Below are positions 1-6,488 of a stretch of 20,009 bases of DNA, one piece after another. Origin of the DNA: a candidate division WOR-3 bacterium. GTDB taxonomy: Bacteria; Hydrothermota; Hydrothermia; B15-G9; WFZT01. A program made the position numbers and the translations under genes. Location: positions 1 through 20,009 of the forward strand of contig JALUEE010000010.1 in NCBI GenBank assembly GCA_027053075.1, read 5' to 3'. Position 1 is the stretch's first letter; each line of letters begins with the position of its first letter. The notes under the pieces were generated by a model that saw only the letters and a list, made by a program, of their open reading frames with translations, had not been told where the DNA came from and did not search any database.

Positions 1-1087
1 CCTCTGTTTCAAAAAGGGCCTTGTACTGTTTAACGAGTGAATTTTCCGGCTCCACAAGAATTCGCCTGAACTCATTCTCTCCGAGGCTGTCGAGCTCCAC
101 CCGAATGGGGAATCTTCCCTGAAGCTCCGGAATTAAGTCGCTTGGACTTGCATTGTGAAAAGCCCCGGCAGCTATGAAAAGAATGTGATCAGTTTTGACC
201 ATCCCATATTTTGTCATGACTTTTGTGCCCTCAACAATTGGTAAAAGGTCTCTTTGTACACCTTCTCTTGAGACATCCGGGCCATGTGTACTTTCTGCAC
301 CCACAATTTTATCAATTTCATCAATGAAAATTATGCCGGATGTCTCAGCCCTCTGGATGGCCTCTTTCTTCACTTCGTCCATGTCAATTAATTTCGATGC
401 TTCCTGTTGTTTAAGTATTTCGAGGGCCTCTTTAACCTTCACCCTCTTCCGCTTTTTTCTCGTGGGGAAAAGGGCATCCAATCCTTCTGGCATATTTAAA
501 TTCAGCTCTTCAGTGCCCATAGGGCTAATTACCTCAAAGAAGGGCGAAACTTTTTCCTCGACGTCAATTTCAACTTCCCGATCATCAAATTTGCCATCAT
601 CGAACATCTCTCTGAGCTTTTCTCTTGTGTCCTCCATGTCCTCTGTCTTCTGGTACGGAGCCGGGAAGAGGATTTCGAGAATTCTTTCCCGTGCCAGATT
701 GTAGGCTTTCTCTTCCACTGTCTTAATCTTCTCAGCTTTCACCATATTGATAGAGATTTCCATGAGGTCGCGAATCATGGACTCAACATTTTTGCCCACG
801 TAGCCCACTTCGGTGAACCTCGTTGCCTCAACCTTAACGAATGGGGCCTTTGCGAGGTTAGCAAGTCTCCGTGCTATCTCCGTCTTTCCGACACCAGTGG
901 GACCAATGAGAATTATGTTATTTGGAGTAATCTCGTCCCTTAAAGGCCCCTGAACGTTGAGTCTTCTCCATCTGTTTCTAAGGGCAATGGCAACAGCTTT
1001 CTTAGCTTTGTCCTGACCTACCACATACTTGTCGAGCTCTTTAACAATCTCTTTGGGCGTTAGAAACTCTTCTTTCATCACACTCAT
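1..1087 (-). CDS. hslU: ATP-dependent protease ATPase subunit HslU (3' end runs off the window)
   Basis: Not in the ORF track; translated by hand from ATG 1087 (GGAGG at 1094-1098; alternative ATG at 1078): [42 protein letters not shown], Walker [21 protein letters not shown] pore motif, Walker [39 protein letters not shown]. Confidence 0.97.
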   Translation of the reverse strand, partial: MSVMKEEFLTPKEIVKELDKYVVGQDKAKKAVAIALRNRWRRLNVQGPLRDEITPNNIILIGPTGVGKTEIARRLANLAKAPFVKVEATRFTEVGYVGKNVESMIRDLMEISINMVKAEKIKTVEEKAYNLARERILEILFPAPYQKTEDMEDTREKLREMFDDGKFDDREVEIDVEEKVSPFFEVISPMGTEELNLNMPEGLDALFPTRKKRKRVKVKEALEILKQQEASKLIDMDEVKKEAIQRAETSGIIFIDEIDKIVGAESTHGPDVSREGVQRDLLPIVEGTKVMTKYGMVKTDHILFIAAGAFHNASPSDLIPELQGRFPIRVELDSLGENEFRRILVEPENSLVKQYKALFETE

Positions 1088-1105
1088 CTAATTCCTCCAG
1101 TCGAA

Positions 1106-1134
1106 ATAATATAACCACAAATTACGACAGTCAA
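1106..1134 (-). promoter_or_regulatory. sigma70-type promoter for hslU
   Basis: Minus strand TTGACT (1134-1129), 17-nt spacer, TATTAT (1111-1106), just upstream of the GGAGG RBS. Confidence 0.65.
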
Positions 1135-1189
1135 TTAAGTTGAAAAATATCATCCCTTTCCGGTTTTATTTCAAGCTTGCATGGGAAGT

Positions 1190-2239
1190 TTATCCATAAA
1201 TCATGAATACCTTTGGTCTTATGCCCAGATATTCTGCAGCGGTGGTGAGACGAATACTATTTTTCACCGCGGCCTCCCAAACTGGTCCGGTTCTCAATCT
1301 AAAACCGGGCTCTCGCAAAAGATGATGGTCGTAGATAACAACCCGTGGCCTTGCATTCTCGATAATTCTTACCATGTTTTCAATGGTTCTTCCAAGTGTG
1401 ATATTTGACACGAGATACCCGAGCATGTACGTCATAGGGCCATCAACAATCAAATAATCTGGCTTTTCTTCTATAATCCAGTCAGCGTAGTCTTCGATGA
1501 CCGGCCCATTTAGGTCGCTTGTATGAATAAGCTTTTCTCCTCCATGCTCCACGATTGTGGCGAATACCCAGCCGGTTCGCGAAAACTCAACTCCATGAAA
1601 AAGAGGTGGAGTAAACCTGATTACCGTTTCGCCAAACCTGTATGTTCTCGTTTCGGGAAACATCACGCTGGCCTCTCCTGCTCCAAACTCCCGGACCTCT
1701 TGAAAAGAGTTCCACTCATTGGACAATTTCTCAAACCAGGCCAATCCCTTTCTAAGTAGAACTTCTCTTCTGGCATTATAATCGCCAAAGTCCTTAGATA
1801 GAGCGTGATGCAAATCTTCGAGAGGGTTTTTATACTTCTTTTTCTCTTTCTTCGTTCCCCAGATATTTACTCCAAGACTCCGTCCAAGGTTTTCGAAAAG
1901 TTCAACAGCTCTCTTCCTCTGGGATTCGTTTATAAATTCATTGGGGTTCTTCGTGAAAATCTTCTTACCGAGATAGAACTCGATGTCTTCTTCCTTCCAC
2001 AAATAGTGGTCATGGTGGTAGTGGGAGATTACAACAGCATCAACTTTTTTCATGAGGTTTTTGATGCGTTCGAGAGCCAATTTTTTCCAGTAAATTTTTA
2101 GCTTTTGAGGGGCGGGAAAAGAGGGCTGCATCTCTGCTGCTCCGGGGTCAATAAAAATTTTGATATCAGGGGTTTCAACTAAAGTAGCGGTACTTTTTGC
2201 CCCCATTGAATCAAAGAAGACAGGCTCAAATTTTATCAT
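1190..2239 (-). CDS. Metallo-beta-lactamase-fold hydrolase, UPF0282/COG2248-like
   Basis: 349 aa. N-terminal DSMGAKS..LVETPDIKIFIDPG, metal motif ISHYHHDH (HxHxDH), later FHG, HTSD and C-terminal DHHLLR, as in UPF0282 proteins. Start overlaps the DUF190 stop (ATGA). Confidence 0.85.
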   Translation of the reverse strand: MIKFEPVFFDSMGAKSTATLVETPDIKIFIDPGAAEMQPSFPAPQKLKIYWKKLALERIKNLMKKVDAVVISHYHHDHYLWKEEDIEFYLGKKIFTKNPNEFINESQRKRAVELFENLGRSLGVNIWGTKKEKKKYKNPLEDLHHALSKDFGDYNARREVLLRKGLAWFEKLSNEWNSFQEVREFGAGEASVMFPETRTYRFGETVIRFTPPLFHGVEFSRTGWVFATIVEHGGEKLIHTSDLNGPVIEDYADWIIEEKPDYLIVDGPMTYMLGYLVSNITLGRTIENMVRIIENARPRVVIYDHHLLREPGFRLRTGPVWEAAVKNSIRLTTAAEYLGIRPKVFMIYG

Positions 2240-2580
2240 TCAGTTTGCTTTGAATGCCTGTATTTGATAACTTTCACCTTTTCCATGGTGATCAAGCCTT
2301 CCTGAACCACCTCGTCCAGGAAAGGTAAGAGTAGGTCAATCCTCTCGGATTTATCAACAATTTCGATAATGACGGGAAGGTCCTCGGAAAGTCTCAGCAT
2401 TTTGGCACTATGAACTCGGCTTTCTGCCCCAAACCCCATAATTCCTCTCACAACTGTGGCACCGGCAAGCCCCAGCTCACGTGCTCTTTTGACGATCTGC
2501 TCATACAGGGGCTTCCCCTTATACTTATCCCTCTCTCCGATAAAAATTCTCAAAAGAACTCCTTCCTCCGGTAATTTCAT
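2236..2580 (-). CDS. DUF190 (UPF0166) PII-like protein
   Basis: 114 aa. LLRIFIGE..KGKPLYE, GLAGATVVRGIMGFG, LRLSEDLPVIIEIVD. GGAGGTGA RBS. Typical neighbour of crcB. Confidence 0.92.
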   Translation of the reverse strand: MKLPEEGVLLRIFIGERDKYKGKPLYEQIVKRARELGLAGATVVRGIMGFGAESRVHSAKMLRLSEDLPVIIEIVDKSERIDLLLPFLDEVVQEGLITMEKVKVIKYRHSKQTE

Positions 2581-2583
2581 AAA

Positions 2584-2967
2584 TCACCTCCAGGCGGTTA
2601 AAAATGCGACAGATAAAAGATACCCTAAAAACACGAATGCGAGTCCCAGGAAATTGCTAACAAGAAAATTTAAAAGGGCGTACTGGAATTCACCCTCTCT
2701 TAAAAGATTGAACGTTTCAAGCATAAATGTAGAGAAAGTGGTGAAAGAGCCTATCATACCAATGAAAATCATGGACCTTGCAAACGGCCGAATAGTAATA
2801 ACCTCTGAAATTCCCCACAAAAAACCAATCACAAATGCTCCAAGCGTATTAACAAGCAGTGTTCCGTAGGGAAAATATGGGCCAAGGTATCTATAAGGCA
2901 ATTCCGACAGCCAGTATCTCAGGATGGCACCTACTACTCCACCAATTATCACCGCAACGGCATTCAT
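2584..2967 (-). CDS. crcB: Fluoride channel Fluc (CrcB)
   Basis: 127 aa with four hydrophobic segments; GGVVGAILRY, PYGTLLVNTLGAF and GMIGSFTTFSTF signature motifs. Confidence 0.96.
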   Translation of the reverse strand: MNAVAVIIGGVVGAILRYWLSELPYRYLGPYFPYGTLLVNTLGAFVIGFLWGISEVITIRPFARSMIFIGMIGSFTTFSTFMLETFNLLREGEFQYALLNFLVSNFLGLAFVFLGYLLSVAFLTAWR

Positions 2968-2974
2968 GGCGTAA

Positions 2975-2980
2975 ATTATA
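2975..2980 (-). promoter_or_regulatory. Perfect -10 box 7 nt upstream of the crcB ATG (possible leaderless promoter)
   Basis: Minus strand reads TATAAT-TTACGCC-ATG. No Shine-Dalgarno sequence and no convincing -35 box. Confidence 0.5.
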
Positions 2981-3063
2981 TTTCAAAAATCTGGTAAAGA
3001 CCATGGGAATCCAAGCCTGGTCGAAAAAATCTCAAATCCTTTGATTTTTGAAGAAAAATTTGC

Positions 3064-3118
3064 CCCCACCTTGTTCCTCCTCCCACGCACGAAGTGCGTG
3101 GGAAGAGGATAGGAGGGG
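3064..3118. repeat. GC-rich imperfect palindrome (REP/BoxC-like element or terminator hairpin)
   Basis: Perfect core TCCCACGCAC-GAA-GTGCGTGGGA (3081-3103), extended by TCCTC/GAGGA and CCCC.CCT/AGG.GGGG. Pyrimidine-rich left arm, purine-rich right arm. Confidence 0.75.
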
Positions 3119-3242
3119 AATTCTCGAACAGGCTCACGTGAATCCTGACATATTCATGGCGTGTCAATGTAGTTAAAAGATTTTAAAAATCGTTTCGATC
3201 ATTCGAAGTTATAATGTGGAGTGCTCTCCCCTTAAGCAAAGC

Positions 3243-3337
3243 TTGTGGGGGATGGAATATCTGTTGATACCTCATCTCACTTGCTCCGCGAGCTATCGGC
3301 ATTTTCCTATTCACCCCACAATCGGGTGGTATCAATG
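3243..3337 (+). other. Structured non-coding segment with alternative pairings
   Basis: TTGTGGGG (3243-3250) pairs with CCCCACAA (3314-3321). TGTTGATA (3262-3269) pairs with TATCGGCA (3294-3301) using two G-U pairs. Alternatively TTGATACC (3264-3271) pairs perfectly with GGTATCAA (3328-3335). Confidence 0.4.
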
Positions 3338-3432
3338 AAGGTACATTGTGAAATCCGTGAAGATGAGCCTGGTTGGAAAGTGCATCCGGATTTGATATAT
3401 ACAGCAATTCATTTGCCACCCAAAAACTTTCT

Positions 3433-3458
3433 CCTCCGCAAAATTTCTTTCGCGGAGG
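3433..3458 (-). terminator. Hairpin downstream of nadD, possible terminator or repeat copy
   Basis: Minus strand CCTCCGCGAAA-GAAA-TTTTGCGGAGG: 11 bp with one G-U pair and a GAAA tetraloop, about 110 nt after the nadD stop. The U-run starts 6 nt after the stem, so it is not a textbook intrinsic terminator. Confidence 0.4.
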
Positions 3459-3566
3459 GAATGAGATAAGGAACGGGATCTTGAGTTTATAGATTTCAAG
3501 TGGTAAGCGCTCTTCTACAAACAAATTTGTGGGGATGATTTTTCCCTCGAAAGCAAGGTATGATCG

Positions 3567-4157
3567 TTAGTAGACCCTGCTTTTAATGCCTGCGTAGAGT
3601 TTTCTTTTCAAAATATATTTCTCTACCGGCTCCGGGACAAGGAATTTTATGGATTTTCCAAGTCTGACTCTTGTTCTTATTTCTGTGGAAGAAATGTCTA
3701 TCTCTCTCTGCTTTACAAATATGATTTTGGGGTGAATTTTCTCACGCTTGTGTGTGGAGCTTTTTCGCTCCATTACAACGAGATGTGCGTAGTGAAATAT
3801 TTCAAGCGGTTTATACCACGTATCGATTTTTACGTATTGATCCATCCCTATGAGAAAGTAGAGGGAATCGTTGGGATAGTATTTTTTTAGCTCTTTCAGG
3901 ACTTCGACTGTGTATGAACGGGGTAGGTTAAGTTGTTTTTCAAACGGGCTGGCGGTGAAGTCGCTTCGCGACTTCACCGCCAGCCTCACCATATTAAACC
4001 TATCCTCAAAATCCGCTATCGCCTTCTTATGGGGTGGGTTGTAGCTAACGAGAAAAATAACCTTTTCCAGTCCAAGAATCTCTGCAACATCCTGGGCAAC
4101 AATCAGGTGACCTATATGAACAGGGTCAAACCGCCCCCCTAAGATTCCAAGCTTCAT
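3567..4157 (-). CDS. nadD: Nicotinate-nucleotide adenylyltransferase
   Basis: 196 aa. GILGGRFDPVHIGH (HxGH), PPHK, SYTVEVL, FLIGMD, W, ISSTEIR motifs. Confidence 0.95.
   Translation of the reverse strand: MKLGILGGRFDPVHIGHLIVAQDVAEILGLEKVIFLVSYNPPHKKAIADFEDRFNMVRLAVKSRSDFTASPFEKQLNLPRSYTVEVLKELKKYYPNDSLYFLIGMDQYVKIDTWYKPLEIFHYAHLVVMERKSSTHKREKIHPKIIFVKQREIDISSTEIRTRVRLGKSIKFLVPEPVEKYILKRKLYAGIKSRVY
3947..3985. repeat. Perfect 18-bp inverted repeat with 3-nt loop inside nadD
   Basis: GGCTGGCGGTGAAGTCGC (3947-3964), TTC, GCGACTTCACCGCCAGCC (3968-3985). The arms are exact reverse complements. Confidence 0.95.
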
Positions 4158-4837
4158 CCCTTTGGATTATATTTCCCCGTGGATGCAGTTTTCCCAATAG
4201 AGTTAAGCCTCTTATTACACTCTGCAAGTTTTTCTCTCGCCTTCCGGGCTACTTTCGCCTGTGGATATTGATCAAGTAGATACTCGAGGTAAATTTTCTC
4301 AGCCCTGTACTGCTTTAAATGTCTGTAGGTCTCCGAAATGAGATAGAGTTTAAGGGCAAGTCTCTCTTCTCCCTGCCTGATCAGAGCCTTAATCTCCTCA
4401 CGATACTTCGTGTTTGGATGCTCATAGAGGTAATCTCGTGCAATCCTAATGCCCTTCTTCGTATCCGACTGGTCAAGCTCAGGATTTGGGGTTTTGGAAA
4501 TGTATGCTGTTATCAAACCTATATAAGCCCTCTCAAAATACTCACTGTTGGGGAACTGCTGAATAAAAAATTTAAACTCATTAATAGCGTTATCCCAATC
4601 CTTTGATCTGAGGTAAGATTCGGCAAGATAGTACTGGGCATCGTCCACATATCTGCTGCGGGGATATTCGTAGAGGATTTTGTTAAAATAGGTGATGGCT
4701 TTGGAATACTTTCCCTTCTGAAAGTAGGTCATGGCCCGGGTATAAACTTCATCAACGCTCATGACCTTCCTGGTTTTCCTGAAGGTACAGGAACCCGTTA
4801 TAAGTAGTATCATCAATAGTGGGACAATTCGTCTCAT
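4154..4837 (-). CDS. bamD: Outer membrane protein assembly factor BamD (TPR lipoprotein)
   Basis: 227 aa. Lipoprotein signal MRRIVPLLMILLITGSC; TPR-like repeats with YPRSRYVDDAQYYLA and FPNSEY; ELDQSDT segment typical of BamD. Stop overlaps the nadD start. Confidence 0.85.
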   Translation of the reverse strand: MRRIVPLLMILLITGSCTFRKTRKVMSVDEVYTRAMTYFQKGKYSKAITYFNKILYEYPRSRYVDDAQYYLAESYLRSKDWDNAINEFKFFIQQFPNSEYFERAYIGLITAYISKTPNPELDQSDTKKGIRIARDYLYEHPNTKYREEIKALIRQGEERLALKLYLISETYRHLKQYRAEKIYLEYLLDQYPQAKVARKAREKLAECNKRLNSIGKTASTGKYNPKG

Positions 4838-4847
4838 GAGTCCTTTG

Positions 4848-4877
4848 ATTTTACATTATTACTTCATTAATGGTCAA
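4848..4877 (-). promoter_or_regulatory. Candidate sigma70 promoter for bamD-nadD
   Basis: Minus strand TTGACC (4877-4872), 18-nt spacer, TAAAAT (4853-4848), ending 10 nt before the ATG. Confidence 0.45.
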
Positions 4878-4886
4878 CCAGCCGAT

Positions 4887-4915
4887 TTGAAATTCCATGC
4901 GATTGATGGTAGCAT
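4887..4915 (+). promoter_or_regulatory. Candidate sigma70 promoter (extended -10) for the plus-strand gene run
   Basis: TTGAAA (4887-4892), 17-nt spacer, TAGCAT (4910-4915) preceded by TGn. Divergent from the bamD promoter. Confidence 0.5.
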
Positions 4916-4939
4916 AAATAAAAACAACAGGAGTTGATT

Positions 4940-5485
4940 ATGAGAGAGACAAAATTTAAGGGAAGGATATGGGTGATAACTGATAGGAATGGCAAACTCA
5001 TCGAAGATATTGATACTGATCAGATATACCACAACGCACACCTTCATATAACTGACATAAAGGAAATGGGGAAATACGCCTTTGGCAACCTTGAAGGCTG
5101 GGAGGATTTCCCTAATAAAGCAAGGCCTGGAGATATTCTCTTTGTGGGACGCAATTTCGGGGCCGGTTCATCCCGCCAGCATGCCGTTGACTGTTTTAAA
5201 GCGCTTGGGATCAGCGCCATTGTGGGCGAATCTTTTGGTGCGATCTACAAAAGAAATGCCATAAACTCCGGCATGCCATTAATTGAGTTTCCTGGACTAT
5301 CAAAGCTGGTCGAGGAGGGCAAATTTCAATCAGGAGATAAGGTTGAAATAGACTTCCTGACAGGTAAAATTAAAAATCTGACTAAGAATTTTGAAGTTCA
5401 GGCAAAAAAGCCAAGCAAAGTACAGATTGACATTTATCTTGCAGGAGATATTTTTAAATACGGCAGGGCCATTGCAAAAAATTGA
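4940..5485 (+). CDS. LeuD/HacB-type aconitase-family small (swivel) subunit, divergent
   Basis: ATG 4940 preferred over TTG 4934 because AGGAG lies at 4929-4933. Motifs DIDTDQI, GDILFVGRNFGAGSSRQHA, ESFGAIYKRNAINSG. No large-subunit gene in the window, so leuD is not asserted. Confidence 0.88.
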   Translation: MRETKFKGRIWVITDRNGKLIEDIDTDQIYHNAHLHITDIKEMGKYAFGNLEGWEDFPNKARPGDILFVGRNFGAGSSRQHAVDCFKALGISAIVGESFGAIYKRNAINSGMPLIEFPGLSKLVEEGKFQSGDKVEIDFLTGKIKNLTKNFEVQAKKPSKVQIDIYLAGDIFKYGRAIAKN

Positions 5486-5519
5486 TTTGCCTTTAATATA
5501 AACCTTCTTACGGAGGTGA

Positions 5520-6488
5520 TTGTTAAAGCTGAGTACGAAACAGGATAAAAAGATATCACTCGAAGGATTGAACATCTCAGGATTTACGGGTGTTAGAGAC
5601 TCTAATCTGAAGCTTATTCAAAAGAGTTTTAAAGGAAGGATTGTACTGCGTGGTGAGGAAATCTTTGTTTCTTCCTCAACGCCTGAAGAGCTTGAAAAAA
5701 TTGAGCAGCTCATTTTATTGCTCAAGGCAAAGCTTAAAAAAGCAGGTTTTTTACGGGAAGAGGATGTGAAAAAAGCCATAGAAAATGTAAAGGGTGAGAG
5801 AATGGACACGGATGAGAAAAAATTCGAAAAATATGCCATTAAAACCCCCAAAAAGACCATTATTCCTCGAACGGAGAATCAGCTGAAATATTTAATGGCG
5901 ATCGAAGAAAATGATATTGTTGTGGGGGTAGGCCCTGCAGGCACAGGTAAAACTTTCCTTGCCGTTGCCATGGCTATTAAGTATTTGAGAGAAGGGAGGG
6001 TGGAAAAGATCGTTTTGACAAGACCAGCAGTTGAGGCCGGGGAATCGCTCGGATTCCTTCCCGGGGATTATGAGGAGAAAATAAGTCCTTATCTCACCCC
6101 ACTTTACGATGCCCTCTATTCGATGATGACTCCTGATGCTATAAAAAGGCTCACAGATAGAAGAGTCATCGAGATTGCGCCTCTTGCCTACATGAGGGGA
6201 CGAACACTTTCCGATGCATTCGTCATTCTTGATGAGGCGCAAAACACGAAGTCTGTGCAGATGAAGATGTTCCTCACGCGTCTTGGTCCCCGTTCCAAGG
6301 TTGTGATAACCGGGGACACCACCCAGATAGATTTGCCGAAGGATGTTGACTCGGGGCTTGTAGAAATTCAGAAAGTTTTAAAGTCAGTCCCGGGTATCGC
6401 ATTTATCAGATTTGGGCCTGAGGACGTGGTAAGGCACAGACTCGTTAAAGACATCGTGGAGGCGTATGAGAAATACCAGAAAGAGTGA
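5520..6488 (+). CDS. phoH: PhoH-family ATPase (YbeZ-like)
   Basis: 322 aa. GPAGTGKT, LTRPAVEAGESLGFLPG, PLAYMRGRT, ILDEAQN, GDTTQID, VVRH. The TTG start lies very close to GGAGGTG, so the exact start is uncertain. Confidence 0.95.
   Translation: MLKLSTKQDKKISLEGLNISGFTGVRDSNLKLIQKSFKGRIVLRGEEIFVSSSTPEELEKIEQLILLLKAKLKKAGFLREEDVKKAIENVKGERMDTDEKKFEKYAIKTPKKTIIPRTENQLKYLMAIEENDIVVGVGPAGTGKTFLAVAMAIKYLREGRVEKIVLTRPAVEAGESLGFLPGDYEEKISPYLTPLYDALYSMMTPDAIKRLTDRRVIEIAPLAYMRGRTLSDAFVILDEAQNTKSVQMKMFLTRLGPRSKVVITGDTTQIDLPKDVDSGLVEIQKVLKSVPGIAFIRFGPEDVVRHRLVKDIVEAYEKYQKE

Noticed and set aside
195..704. 169-aa plus-strand ORF
   Set aside because: Antisense shadow of hslU; Ser-rich with no recognisable motif. 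The other short ORFs nested in or antisense to recognised genes are rejected for the same reason.
1140..1189. Terminator between the MBL hydrolase and hslU
   Set aside because: Only a weak AT-rich interrupted stem (TTGAAA...TTTCAA), with no GC-rich stem plus U-tract.
3220..3390. 6S RNA, SRP RNA or tRNA
   Set aside because: No SRP GGAA-loop motif, no cloverleaf or T-loop, and the arms around the long hairpin are too asymmetric and weakly paired for a 6S call.
2976..3524. Intergenic ORFs 2976-3167 (-), 3183-3524 (-) and 3245-3469 (+)
   Set aside because: Non-ATG starts, no clear RBS, no family motifs, and they run through palindromes. No transposase or nuclease remnant was recognisable.
3064..3535. 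CRISPR array
   Set aside because: The palindromes are not identical repeats, spacing is irregular, and there are no cas genes in the window.
2968..3566. Canonical fluoride riboswitch upstream of crcB
   Set aside because: Consensus elements not found by eye on the minus strand. A covariance search would be needed to exclude a variant.
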